DNA of 64,000 bases from Octopus vulgaris (lineage: Eukaryota). Location: positions 12,028,001 through 12,092,000 of the forward strand of contig OX597820.1 of assembly GCA_951406725.2 (NCBI GenBank). The letters are read 5' to 3'. How positions within the stretch are numbered: the stretch's first letter is position 1; every line of letters begins with the position of its first letter. Below the pieces are notes generated by a model, which was not told the origin of the DNA, did not search any database, and was given only the letters and a program-made list of their open reading frames with translations. The translations under genes and the position numbers were made by a program. This document shows, piece by piece, positions 41,100 to 53,689 of the stretch.

Positions 41100-41348
41100 T
41101 AGGCACATGGCGTAATGGTTAAGAGCCCGGGCTACTAACCCCAAGATTTCGAGTTCGATTCTAGGCAGTGACCTGAATAATAATAATAATAATAAAAACA
41201 ACATCGAAAATTACTTTAGGAATGAGAACCCAGGTTCGAAATTTCCCTTAAGACACCTAATGAAGGCTTGAGGGTATAACAGTCGAAATGTGTTAACAAC
41301 AAACCAGATGAGGACAAATATCTGTCAAGTGTAAATAATGTAAATAAT
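41100..41348 (+). mobile_element. tRNA-headed SINE family D with PLE-like tail
   Basis: TGGCGTAATGG A box, GAGTTCGATTC B box, (AAT)n linker, then a damaged hammerhead CTAATGAAGGCTT..AGTCGAAA. Confidence 0.78.
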
Positions 41349-41879
41349 CATCCTTTTATCTTTTACTTGCTTCAGCCATTGGGTTTTGGCTTTGCTGGAG
41401 CATCACCTTTAAAATTCTTCTCGAACAAATTAACCCTTGAATTTAATTTAAAAATGTGTTACTTATTCTATCGGTCATTTCTACCAAAGTATTAAGTTAC
41501 GGGGATGTAAGCAGATCAACACCGGTTGTCAAGCGGTGGTAGTGGGGAAGATAAAACAGAAGCACAAAAACACCCAACTGCACACACACACGCACACACA
41601 CACAATCACACATATACACACACGCACGACAAGTTTCCTCGAACAAGATTAGTCAGACATATTAATACAAGTTAAGATGAGGGTGAAAGGTAAACCGACA
41701 ACTGTTTCAAGTCAAGTTAATTTGTGCAGTATTTGGTAGCTGGAAAAATGAGTGCGACCAGTTCTAAGTTCAAACTATTGTAGATCAAAGGTTTGAAGGA
41801 GATGGAGAAGATATTCAGTCAGATGTGGTTCTGAAAAGAAAAGATCTAAGGAAAGTGCTAACAATATTAAACACTGGAT

Positions 41880-42583
41880 AAAGCGGCGAGCTGGCAGAAA
41901 CGTTAGCACTCCGGGCGAAATGCTTAGCGGTATTTCGTCTGCCGTTACATTCTGAGTTCAAATTCCGCCTATGTCGACTTTGCCTTTCATTCTTTCGGGG
42001 TCGATTAAATAAGTAGCAGTTACGCACTGGGGTCGATGTAATCGACTTAATACCTATGTCTGTCTTTGTTTGTCCCCTCTGTGTTTAGCCCCTTGTGGGT
42101 AATAAAGACATAGGTATTTCATATGTCTTTACGTTCTGAGTTCAAATTCCGCTGAGGCCGACTTTGCCTTTTATCCCTTTCGGGGTCGATTAAATAAGTA
42201 CCAGTTACGCATCGGGGTCGATATAATCAACTTAATCCGTTTGTCTGTCCTCGTCTGTCCCATCTGTGTTTAGCCCCTTGTGGGTAGTAAAAACTTAGGT
42301 ATTTCATATGTCTTTACGTTCTGAGTTCAAATTCCGCTGAGGCCGACTTTGCCTTTTATCCCTTTGGGGTCGATTAAATAAGTACCAGTTACGCATCGGG
42401 GTCGATATAATCAACTTAATCCGTTTGTCTGTCCCATCTGTGTTTAGCCCCTTGTGGGTAGTAAAGACATAGGTATTTCATATGTCTTTACGTTCTGAGT
42501 TCAAATTCCGCACTGGGGGCGACGTAATCGTTTTATCCTCTCCTTCCAAATTACTGACCTTGTCTCAAAACTTCAAATCAATA
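41880..42583 (+). mobile_element. SINE A multimer (head, 3 body-tail units, terminal unit with the alternative tail)
   Basis: Junctions TA|GGTATTTC at about 42113, 42298 and 42472. Confidence 0.9.
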
Positions 42584-42964
42584 TGAAATACCGGATGAAA
42601 CAATGTTGAGATGAATGCTTTTTGATCGGATTCATGATCACATTTATTTTATTATTGGCCACAGTGAATGTTTCTTTCGAAGTGCTTGGGGAAGAAACAA
42701 CGCAAGAATTGACGATAGGTTCGTGGTTTTAGAGTTTACGGATCTTTACCTTTTGACCGACAGATTTAAAAAATAATCTTTTGTAACTAAACACTTTCAA
42801 ACTTCGTATAATTGTAGAATGTGTCATATAAAACATCTTTTACTCTTGGCGCTGATGAGAAAATTCTGTATTTTGGAATTTATTTCTTGTCAAAGTTGTC
42901 GTATCGGCGGTGTATATTTCGTCTGTCACTGTTATTTATGACATCTTTTGAGCATTTTTACTGG

Positions 42965-43374
42965 TTTTAGCTTTAAGGTTTTAGGGTTAGGGTTAGGGTT
43001 TTAGGGTTAGGGTTAGGGTTTTAGGGTTAGGGTTAGGGCTAGGGTTTTATGGTTAGGGTTAGGGTTTTAGGGTTAGGGTTAGGGTTTTAGGGTTAGGGTT
43101 AGGGTTTTAGGGTTAGGGTTAGGGTTTTAGGGTTAGGGCTAGGGTTTTATGGTTAGGGTTAGGGTTTTATGGTTAGAGTTAGGGTTAGAGTTTTAGGGTT
43201 AGGGTTAGGGTTTTAGGGTTAGGGCTAGGGTTTTATGGTTAGGGTTAGCGTTTTAGGGTTAGGGTTAGGGCTAGGGTTTTAAGGTTAGGGTTAGGGTTTT
43301 AAGGTTAGGGTCAAGGTTACGGTTTAAGGGTTAAGATTAGGGTTAGGGTTGAGGTTTCAGAGTTAGAGTTACGG
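42965..43374 (+). repeat. Interstitial telomere-like array of TTAGGG/TTTTAGGG with a 20-bp higher-order unit
   Basis: Direct reading; bracketed by inverted repeats of about 40 bp at 42905-42944 and 43478-43517. Confidence 0.92.
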
Positions 43375-43834
43375 AAAAAAAAATCAAAAATGAAGCACGA
43401 ATGATTATGGTGGTGCCATGGAGTAAACATGCTTCAGATACACTCGTTCATTCATACAAACATAACTGAGATGAAATATGTCATAGATAACACTGACAAA
43501 CGAAATATACACCGCTGGAAGGGACATTCTTTTAGGTAGACAGTTATTTGGTATTTAAAGACAGAGCGGGTGCCTTTTGTGAATGAATATATTAATTCAG
43601 TTTGTTTACAACATACACGTTGCAAACTTGGCTCCTTTAGAGAAACACAGAAACGAGTTATTGTTAGAAACTCATGAGAACGAGTCTGAAGTTGTGGGCA
43701 CATTTCTTTATTCTCTCAAAATTTTTTTATAAGCTGGAATTTTACTAAACTAGTCTACGAAATTGTGAAAATCAATATAGTAATAAAAAAAAACTAAACA
43801 ACAAACAAAAAACGTGACAACAATTTTAGCAATA

Positions 43835-44048
43835 CTCTTTTACTTGTTTCAATCATTTGACTGTGGCCATGTTGGAGCACCGCGCTTAGTCGAGCAAATC
43901 GACCCCCAGGACTTATTCTTTGTAAGCTTTGTACTTATTCTATCGGTGTCTTTTGCCGAACCACTAAGTTACGGGGACGTAAACACACCAGCATCGGTTG
44001 TGAAGCGATATTGGGGAGATAAACACAGACACAAACATATACACACAC

Positions 44049-44101
<53 letters not shown>

Positions 44102-44549
44102 CATATGTAAATATATACGATGGGCTTCTTTCAGTTTCTGCCTACCAAATCCACTCACAAATCGTCGGCTGCGGGGTCATTCCGAAAAGCTCTACCTGCG
44201 ACGATTTCATCTCAATCGAAGGAGAGGAGCTTTCTCCGTCCGGGTTGCGGATCCGTGGAACAAGCTGCCAGACGAGATGGTGAAGATGCCGACGACCGCT
44301 TTGTTCAAAGCCTCCCTGGACCTCAAGTGGCCTGAACTCTTTACATGAACACCACCCTGTACTTAACTCCATGTCCCCCTACATGGCCTTGCTATTTGCT
44401 TTTGAGCCAAATTAACTAACTAACAAGGCTTTGGTCGGCCCGAGGCTATAGTAGAAGACACTTGCCCAAGGTGCCACGCAGTGGGACTGAATCCGGAACC
44501 ATGTTGTTTGTTAGCAAGCTACTTACCACGCAGCCACTCCTACGCCTAT
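43835..44549 (-). mobile_element. SINE family B interrupted by a CR1 fragment
   Basis: SINE B sequence is split at CACTCACAA|GGCTTTGG. Confidence 0.9.
44161..44422 (+). mobile_element. CR1-clade LINE 3' end
   Basis: RLRGHSEKLYLRRFHLNRRRGAFSVRVADPWNKLPDEMVKMPTTALFKASLDLKW (stop at 44348), short UTR, (TAAC)n tail, ACAA duplication. Confidence 0.9.
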
Positions 44550-45034
44550 AATTATTTTTTTTAGAAAACTCTACCGAGGAGACCCTGAGTTGACTATGGT
44601 TTATATGTATGCTTTCACTGTACAACTCGGCACTATAAAACAGTCAGGAGTGGATTTGACTTCTCTCCATAAAATATAATGCAATTAGAGTTTGCTCTAG
44701 ATTAATGGACTTGATATAACTAAAGAAGGAAAAATTAAATTTTCTTCATTATCGATGTGAATGAAATATGACTTTAATTAGATAAGACAGGATGGTTTAT
44801 TTAACCGCGCCTGGATTTGAATTATTGGGGAAGAATAACGACGCTAGACACATTAGGCTAAATCTATCTGTTTATCGAAAAGAAAACCAGCTTTTACCAT
44901 TATAATGAAGCCATAATTTCTATTTAATACATGTTGCCTTAGTGGTAATTACGAGTAAGCAATGTCTTAAGACGAGTGTTGACATTCGTAAAGGTTACAC
45001 AACAGTTTGTTGAGGAAAAATAATGTAGTTATTA

Positions 45035-45332
45035 TTATTTTTTGGAAGAGTGGATCTCAAAGAATATAAGGCTATAAATAATAGCTCATAAATATCGGGT
45101 TGAAGAAGTCGAAGGCTGTTCTTCAGACTCGAACCCACATCTCTTGTAGACCATGATAGGCATTCTACCGTTGGACCAAAGCAATCCTTCGAAGTTCTCA
45201 ATCCATTTTAGATGTGGGTTCGAGTTCCATGGGCAGCCTTCAACTTCTCTTCAAAAGGATTTTTCAACCCACTATTTACGTTTCGTTATTTATAGCTGTT
45301 TGTGCTTTGACACCTGCTGATCCACAAAATAA
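45035..45332. repeat. Diverged inverted repeat with a tRNA-like centre
   Basis: GAAGGCTG..ACTCGAACCCACATCT is mirrored by AGATGTGGGTTCGAGT..CAGCCTTC; minus strand TGGTCCAACGGTAGAA..GGTTCGAGTC. Confidence 0.6.
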
Positions 45333-46239
45333 TTATTTCACGTTCTCTCAAAAGTTCATAAAATTTCTATGACATCAACATAAAGCAGTTAAATTGTTTC
45401 CCAAACCCCTTTGGATAATCGAAACTTAACATCTCTATCATAACTCCTGTAAATCATAGCAGAACTGTTTATGTAGGGTCAGAGTTTATACTATCTAACA
45501 ATGTTTAGTTAAAATCTTCAGGGGCCGAATTAAAATCGTCAAAGCCACCATGGCTTTTAAGGCTAGCGAATTAAATATCAATCGTATATTCAAGTAGAAA
45601 TAACTACATTTTATTTCATAAGAAATATGTCCTTTGGTTCGGAAAATAAATTAATATTCTTATCAGTTCGAAGTGTCTTATTCGACATTTTCAATTCGTC
45701 AGCTCGAGGCGTTTTACACTGACGCAGTACTGGAGATTAGAATAAGAGTTAATGTATATATTTAATATGGTTCATACTTCATTCGCTCTTTCACCACCTC
45801 CATTCTTTCCGAATCGCAAATATAGCAAACTAGATTTTGTACAATACATTAACAGGAAAAAAAGAAAGACAGAAAGAAAGAAAAAAGAAAAAGAAGCAGA
45901 AAAAAAAAAATGAACAATTCGAAAGATTTGTTGTTGGTTATCAGAAATTGTACCCGATTTGAATAATTGAATTGAAAACTGTATTCTTTAGAGGTATGGT
46001 CAGAGAATAAAAACACATATACATACACACCACTGACGCAGACAGGCAGACGCACGCGTACACACGTAAATTTGTATGCCTATATAACCAGAATTACGTA
46101 GAGGGAATATATTTTTATACCATGGGCAGAAGAGACAAGGGCAACACATATGACCTTTTTCTGGGATCTCCAACTAATATTTTAAAATGTACATACACAC
46201 ACGTTTATGTGTGTGTGTGTGTGTATCATCATATACATA

Positions 46240-46446
46240 AGAGCGGGGTAACTGAAAAATTCCTGGCTTTAATGGTGTCGCGAAAGGCCTGATTGGTTTC
46301 CCAACGTTCTGAGTTCTTTAATAGGGCCTAGAAAAAAACAGAGGGTCCACTGCAATAAGTGTGTGATTCTGAGAGGTGAATATCTTGAATAAAATCCTTC
46401 TGTATTTTCTTTTAACCAAAGCCAAGAACTTTTCAGTTCCACCTCG
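46240..46446 (+). mobile_element. Mariner-derived MITE
   Basis: ACTGAAAAATTCCTGGCTTT / AAAGCCAAGAACTTTTCAGT IRs, TA flanks, internal HCNKCVILRGEYLE* (mariner C-terminus). Confidence 0.75.
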
Positions 46447-46451
46447 TATAA

Positions 46452-46511
<60 letters not shown>

Positions 46512-46651
46512 CTATCGGCCGGCTTCCCCGATTTCAGTTCTTCGTGTTTTTTTCTGTAGTGAGTAAATAATATGTGGAAATTGACGATTTAAAAGTCTGT
46601 TATCAGCATATTGGCATTGAAATAATTTTCTTTAGCCCTTATATATAAGTT

Positions 46652-46697
<46 letters not shown>

Positions 46698-47133
46698 AAA
46701 AACTGAAGTTCGAAAATGCTACTGTATTATACAATTTTTAATTTTTATATATATATTATAACATGTTTCAGTTCCTGAAATGAACCTTATCAAAAAAAGT
46801 TATATATAAAAAAAGACACCTCATGCCGTCAAACACAAGAAATTCATTTATAATACACAACGGAGTCAGACATCTTAGAGTTCATGTATAGTTGATATAT
46901 AGTTCATGTATAGTTGATATATAGTTTGAAGTATATGTTCAAAGTGTTCGATGCAGTGGCCCACGGTGGCGATACGTATTCAATACAAAAAACAGATCAA
47001 AGTGGTGGAAAGCGGTCAATACAGAAGATTGATGTTTCCGAAAGAGCGAGGAATTCATTTTTACCTTAAGCAATTGTGATGACCCATGGTGGATGATCGC
47101 TGGGTGGTTCTAGTGGGTTTTGTGAAGTGCTCG

Positions 47134-47190
<57 letters not shown>

Positions 47191-47192
<2 letters not shown>

Positions 47193-47325
47193 CGCCGAGG
47201 TCGACTTTGCCTTTCATCCTTTCGGGGTCGATAAATTAAGTACCAGTTACACACTGGGGGCGATATAATCGACTTAATCCGTTTGTCTCCTCTGTGTGTA
47301 GCCCCTTGTGGGCAGTAAAGAAATA
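47191..47325 (+). mobile_element. 5'-truncated SINE A within (TA)n
   Basis: TCCGCCGAGGTCGACTTTGCC..GCCCCTTGTGGGCAGTAAAGAAATA. Confidence 0.85.
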
Positions 47326-47977
47326 TAGTATATATATATAGATTATAATAATGATAATGATGATGTGATTCAGAGATGAGAATATCGGGGAAGCGGGGAA
47401 GCGGGGAAATAAAATATGAGAGAAAAGCACAATTGAAAGAAAAATATGAAGGAAGAAAAGAAGAAAAGCGTGAAAACAGAAGAAACTTTCAAGAAAAATG
47501 AAAACCAAGAAAGCACAAAAGCAAAGAAAATGGATAACTGTGGCTTAAATGGTTAATCAGCATTATAGCACGTGCATCGGAAATCGAATGTTTGAATGGT
47601 GACCCACAAAATAAAAACACCAGACATCGTCTAGGTTTTGACCATTGATTGTTCGCTATCCATTGATATCAAAACGATGGAAAGCCCAAATAGACATAAC
47701 CAATCGACTTTACAGCTCTAAGCTAACTATCGGAACGCTAAATCAATTATCATACAATCTGGAAACAACAAAGCAACACTGAGCTATTTACCCGGCTAAT
47801 TAAAGATATATATATAGATTACCCACTGGTTTGATATTTCAAGTTGTCTGGGTTTTCGCTGTTGTTTTATGCTGACAATGGTGGCAGCGCGTTGGAATAA
47901 ATTCTTAGCAGCAGCTTGTTCGTTGCCTCGTGTTTCTGCGTTTCCTTCATTCACACACATACGCACTCACATACATA

Positions 47978-48084
<107 letters not shown>

Positions 48085-48093
48085 ATATCTAAT

Positions 48094-48303
48094 CTTGTTT
48101 GTTACTTTGAAAAAATTTTTTTTTTTCTTTCTGTGATACACGATCCCTTTTGATCGGTTTTTTTTTTCCGATCCCTTTTGATCGAAGTTTTATATTTGTT
48201 TCCTTTTTTAACATCTTTTTCCTTTTTCCATCTTCGAAAAGAAAAGCTCTACATTTGTAATTGTCCCCTCTGTATTCAGCCCTATGTGGCTAATAAAAGA
48301 AAG
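48094..48303 (+). mobile_element. Third Tx1-like 3' end fragment in (TATC)n
   Basis: Matches 27709-27868; (TATC)n on both sides. Confidence 0.85.
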
Positions 48304-48310
48304 TTATCTA

Positions 48311-48398
<88 letters not shown>

Positions 48399-48849
48399 CT
48401 CTCTCTATCTATCTATCTATCTATCTGTCTATCTATCTGTATACACTAATGTTTGTTTTATGTTCAGTTATGATAAAAACAATTTTCTGATAAAATCATT
48501 AATCCGAAGGGATTAATCCATACTTTTGTAGAGTATAAATTTTGTATTCTCCAACAAGAATAGCATTGATAGCGACTTCGAAATTTCGGTCAGCTAAGCC
48601 ATCATCAGACTTGATGACCGAAATTTCGAAGTTACTGTCAATATTGTTCTTTTAGAGATTAATCTATACGTACCTCTGTGACTTCAAAGCTCACAACACT
48701 TCAAGACTCTCATCGACGCTGAAGCCGCATCTTTTGCAAATCTTAACTCTTTACCCCCAATTCATTTCATCCGGGCGGAAGCAAAATTGTTGCTTGGGAC
48801 ATCAGAAAAGATTTTCACCACATCCAGTATCTAAGTCTCCTTTGAAAAC

Positions 48850-49172
48850 TTCCCTACCTAAGCTCAAATAAACACTATCAGATAGGCACCACCTATAAAA
48901 ATGAGAAGCACTCGTCTTGAGTCATTAAAGTTACTTCAAAAACCGGGCCTCCTTGTTATCGGGACCCTTTTCTTCACGACTAGAAAATATTTCAGCCCAC
49001 AACAGCGGCTGGCATGTTTCAAGGCTCAGGCGTGACCCATAATGAAGTACTGCTTCCACATTTGTGATGGCGCCTTCGCTACGCACGCTGACATCCTTGT
49101 TCGCGTCCAGAGAAGTGCCATTCAGATGATTGATATTCAAGTACAAACGAACAAATTACAGCCTCTGATGCA
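48850..49172 (+). pseudogene. Degenerate LINE ORF2 (post-RT region)
   Basis: FFTTRKYFSPQQRLACFKAQA*PIMKYCFHICDGA..DILVRVQRSAIQMI resembles the LYKAQVRP.MEYC.HIW..LDRIQ.RA motif. Confidence 0.6.
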
Positions 49173-49799
49173 CAGTATATAATATTAAGCCAGGTACTTA
49201 TTCGTTCGTGGAGGCCCTCGGCCTAGTGGTTAGGATGCTGGACGCATGACCGTAAGATTGTGGTTTCAATTCCTGGACCGGGCGATGCATAACACTTTCT
49301 TTCACGTTGCTTCTGTCCACTCAGATGATAAAAAAGGAGTAATCGTATGAGTAATCCTGTGACGGACCAGCGTCTCGTCCGGGGAGGAATACATCCGTCA
49401 GACAAACTGAGAAACCGGCCACATGCTCCTTACAAAATAATGCGGACTAACCAAGTTATTCTATCATTTACTTTAGCAGGGGGTCGTAAATAAGTTTACA
49501 CTGGTTGTCAAGCAGTGGTGGGGAACACATGAAGAAACACACACACAACAGGCTTCCACACAGTTTCCGTCTACCAATTTCACCACCAAGTATTGATCTG
49601 ATGGGAGAAACAGTAGAAGACATCCAATGTGGAGCACTGTTGGACTGAATCCAAAACAACGCGTTTCCGAAGTGAGCTGCTAAACCACTCAGCCAGTCTC
49701 AGCATGTTACCTTTGATGAAACCGGTTACTAAACAAGTGCAATAAATATATTAGAATAAATTCATAAATACGTCGTAAACAGCCATCTGACGTGTCGAA

Positions 49800-49919
49800 C
49801 CACATGGTTCCGGATTCAGTCTCACTGCGTGGCACGTTGGGCAAGTGTCTTCCGCTATAGCTTCGGGTCGACCAAAGCCTTGTGACTGGATTTGGTAGAT
49901 GGAAACTAAAAGAACCTCG

Positions 49920-49970
<51 letters not shown>

Positions 49971-50380
49971 AAGTTAATCCAAACATGAAAGCAAAAAAAA
50001 AAAACACAACAACGTGAGGACGTGGAACAAATATAGTATTATTGGACGCTCAGGAAAGAAGGAGGGTTTAATGCTTCGAGCGGAGCTCTTCGTCGGAAAC
50101 ATAGGAGAAGGAAAGATCCAGAGAAGGGAAGACAGAGGAAAAAAAAATCGACAACGGTACACACGCGGTCACATTTTGAATATATGTGTGTGTGTGGGTA
50201 TTTGTGTGTCTGTGTTTGTCCCACCTACCATCGATGCTGGTGTCGTTACGTCCCTGTAACTTAGCGGTTCGGCATAAGAGACCGATAGAATAAGTACCAG
50301 ACTTACGATTTGTTCGACTAAAGGCGCTGCTCCAGCATGGCCGTAGTCAAATGACTGAAATAAGTAAAAGAGTAAAGAGT
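49800..50380 (+). mobile_element. SINE B interrupted by a PLE-like tail (about 49966-50170, minus) inserted in its (TA)n
   Basis: SINE B halves on both sides; the insert reads GTTT-CCGACGA-A-GAGC(TCC)GCTC-GAAGCATT-AAAC on the minus strand. Confidence 0.78.
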
Positions 50381-50918
50381 AATCGACTGATTGGTAAAGC
50401 CCCACTGATCAGAACACCGCAACTCAAGCCAATGGCATACATTTTACCTTTTCGTGGTTAGAGTGTCGGACTAATGATCGTAAGATTGTAGTTTCGCTTC
50501 CTGGACCGGACGATGCGGTCCAGAATGTGCAAACCGCTTCATTTCACGTTGCTCCAGTCCACTCAGCCGGTAAAAATGCGTAATCCTGCGACGTCTAGGG
50601 AGGAATATATATAAGCTAGAGAAACCTGGAAACCGGTCCTCTTATGCTTACGGAATAATGTGGACTAAACAACTTATTCTAATAGTTATTTCGCTGAACC
50701 GCTAACAACCAAATCTCCATCGATTTGTACCCCAGTGTCTTAAAAAAACGGAACAAAGCAAAAGATAACGGTAGACATGGGATTAAATTATTTAGGGTAG
50801 ATATGTGAGAATCCACGAAAAGGCCATAACCGGAATGCCTTTATTTATAGATTTGGCTTGTTTTTTTAAAATCTTTTATATGTTTTACTTTTTTCAGGAA
50901 ACGAGTTAAAGATTTTGA

Positions 50919-51726
50919 CCCCTTGACAACGGTCGACGCAAATATGCAATCACACTTTTGCTTGCCGCGGTTAACGTAAATATACGATGTAGGGCTGCAC
51001 TACATCTATCACGGACTTTTTAGCGGCTGAGACTAGCAGTAGACCAATGACATGCGGATACTTTACATGCATGTGCACGTAAAGTTACGAGGAAGGGGAG
51101 GAAGGAGAGGAGGGTGAGGAATTACTTCATGGAAAGATCCGAGGAGGGGAGGGATTACTTCCTGGAAAGTTCAGCGGAACGGGAGGAATGAGTTCCTGGA
51201 AAGTTCAGACGAGGGGAAGAATTACTTCCTGGAAATTTCTGAAGAGGGGGATGGATTAGTTCCTGGAAAGTTCCGAGGAGAGTGACGAATTACTTCCTGG
51301 AAAGTTCCGAGGAGGGGAGGAACTACTTCCTGGAAAGTTCCGAGGAGGGTGAGGAATTACTTCCTGGAAAGTTCCGAGGAGGGTGAGGAATTATTTCCTG
51401 GAAAGTTCCGAGGAAGGGGAGGAAGGGTAGGAATTCGTTGTCCAGGCTGTGATGTGTCCCTTTGCATAATACCGTGTTTTGAGTTGTACCACATGCAAGC
51501 TATTTTCTGAACTTGAGCAGAATAACTCGTGCATATATTATGATAAATAGCTTCACATAGTTCGTTTTCATTAACCGGTAGGCGTAAATGTACGACGCTA
51601 TGTTATTGTAAGGGTGAACGTAAATAGACGCGAGCTCGTTGGCACTTGTGTGTTTGTGTGGCCTCATTAGATAAAAAAATCCGGAGCAGTGTCTCGCATG
51701 CTTCCGGTAATACCGGCGTCAAGGGG
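50919..51726 (+). mobile_element. Non-autonomous piggyBac derivative
   Basis: TIRs CCCCTTGACAACGGT / ACCGGCGTCAAGGGG; flanks TTGA and TTAA; CPGCDVSLCIIPCFELYH (piggyBac C-terminal Cys-rich domain) at about 51439-51510. Confidence 0.85.
51118..51422. repeat. 33-34-bp minisatellite, 9 units
   Basis: GGAATTACTTCCTGGAAAGTTCCGAGGAGGG(T)GA; core at 51126, 51159, 51193, 51226, 51260, 51294, 51327, 51361 and 51395. Confidence 0.93.
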
Positions 51727-53507
51727 TTAAAGATAAAAGTGAAAAGAACACCTCGGAATCGACCTTACTACTCTGGGAGAGCCTACGAAGGTTTGGGCCG
51801 CTTCTTCGTCTCCATTGGCCAAGTTACGATCCTAATCCTGCCACAGACAAAAGCAAAACAAAACGAAACAAAACGAAAATAATCAAAAAAATATTTGAAA
51901 ATCAAAACAAGCCCGTAATATTGATATTCATCTTTTTAAAATTAGATTTTGTCCCAAACGTGGCTTGAGGCTACTGTAGCGTAAGGGTATGTAATGAAAG
52001 AAGAGAAGGACCTTAATTCAAAATATGTCAACCCACAGAGAGCTTAAAGGACTGGATAACATAAACCAGACGGAAACAAGACGATGGTAGTGAGTTTCAG
52101 AGGGTAGAAGTTCGCAAAAAAAAACCTCAGCAAATCTATCGGAATAGAAGGAAATAAAGGGATACTGGAATAAAGTGCAACCTTTGGTATGTTCCTCAAG
52201 GATAAGTGAAGCTGTTCTCAATGGGAACAGAAACCAGGGCCAAGATTGACGTGAGAGAACTTACAGTATTATGATTCACAACTAAAATCAATAACTTACA
52301 AGAAAGCCTCCTGTAGTCACGTGGCTCTACTTCAATGCTCCTCAAATTGCATTCTACTGTCTTTAAAAAAAAGCAAAGAAGGACACCTATGATTATATAG
52401 ATACACTAGGTTTAATAAAAAAAGATCTGATAGCCTGATTGGATCTTTGATCATAGATCTATCTGCTCGAGTCGAAATGATCTGGCGGGTAAATAATAAT
52501 ATCACTAGCAAGAACTAAAGTAACAACAGCAACAAAATTATTTAGGCAAAAATCTTTAGATTTATATGGAAATGAAGCGAAGCTGGGAATCGTCACGGAA
52601 TCGGCTTATCTCCTCTCCGTATTCGCAATCTCGATAGAAATAACTACCACGAATCTAAAATAAAATTAAGCAAGATAAAAGCAAGATTTTGTAAATAAAT
52701 TAAAAAAGAAAGACAAAAGCAAAAAATAAATCAAAGAAATACATTTGTCTGTTCAATGGATGCAGCTTGTAGTGAAATCACCTAAAAAAAAACTGTAGGA
52801 GACACGGTGGCAATGTATAATTTGAACATAATAAAGAAAGTAAAAAGTAGTAACAGCTGCTTTGGTAACGAGATCAATAATTCTTTTTGGGGTAAACAGC
52901 AAACCACCTGTAGTTACTATAATGTTAAATTAGCACTGCAGGAATGTAGTTAGAGGAGGAATGAAGAAACAGGAAGCTTCACACACATATTAACACTAAA
53001 AACAAGTAAAACAAAACGTGTATCTAAAAACAAATACTGTAAAATAGTTTATTAAAGTCAAAAGAAACGTAAAAATGAATTATAGAACGTTTTTACGTTC
53101 GTTTACCTATTCAAGATAATTTTTTTTTTGAAAAAAAACTTTTCTTTTTCATTTTCTAACTGGTTGAAAAAATAACTGTGTAGTGAGAACTAAACTCCAA
53201 GTAATGTACAAGGAACAAATACTGTTCTATCATCAAAGGAAAATCTATATGAGAACGGAGGAAATGGTTAGAAATAGATAAATAGAGATGTAGAGATTGT
53301 GAAAATTGGATAGCTGTAGAAGTTTTAATAAACAAGGGTTATATATGCACACACAGACGCACACACACACACACAAACACACACCACACACACATACATA
53401 TGTACGAATATACACACACGTACATATACAAACGTGCGCATATACATGCATACACACACATACACATGCATCTATATGCATATATATATGATATATACAT
53501 ATACGTT

Positions 53508-53555
<48 letters not shown>

Positions 53556-53689
53556 TACATACATGTGTGTGTATATATATATATATATATGCATACATAC
53601 GTTTGTGTATATATTTATATGCACCAGTTTTGGAATAACGTGAGAACTTGGCAAACTACCGGATTTGGATTTTGCACACGACTTGGTGT

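Noticed and set aside
42965-43374. True telomere or fusion site
   Set aside because: Short, degenerate, single orientation and bracketed by inverted repeats.
51118-51422. CRISPR-like appearance of the 34-bp array (also the 91-bp and 184-bp arrays)
   Set aside because: No unique spacers, no cas genes, and a eukaryotic TE context.
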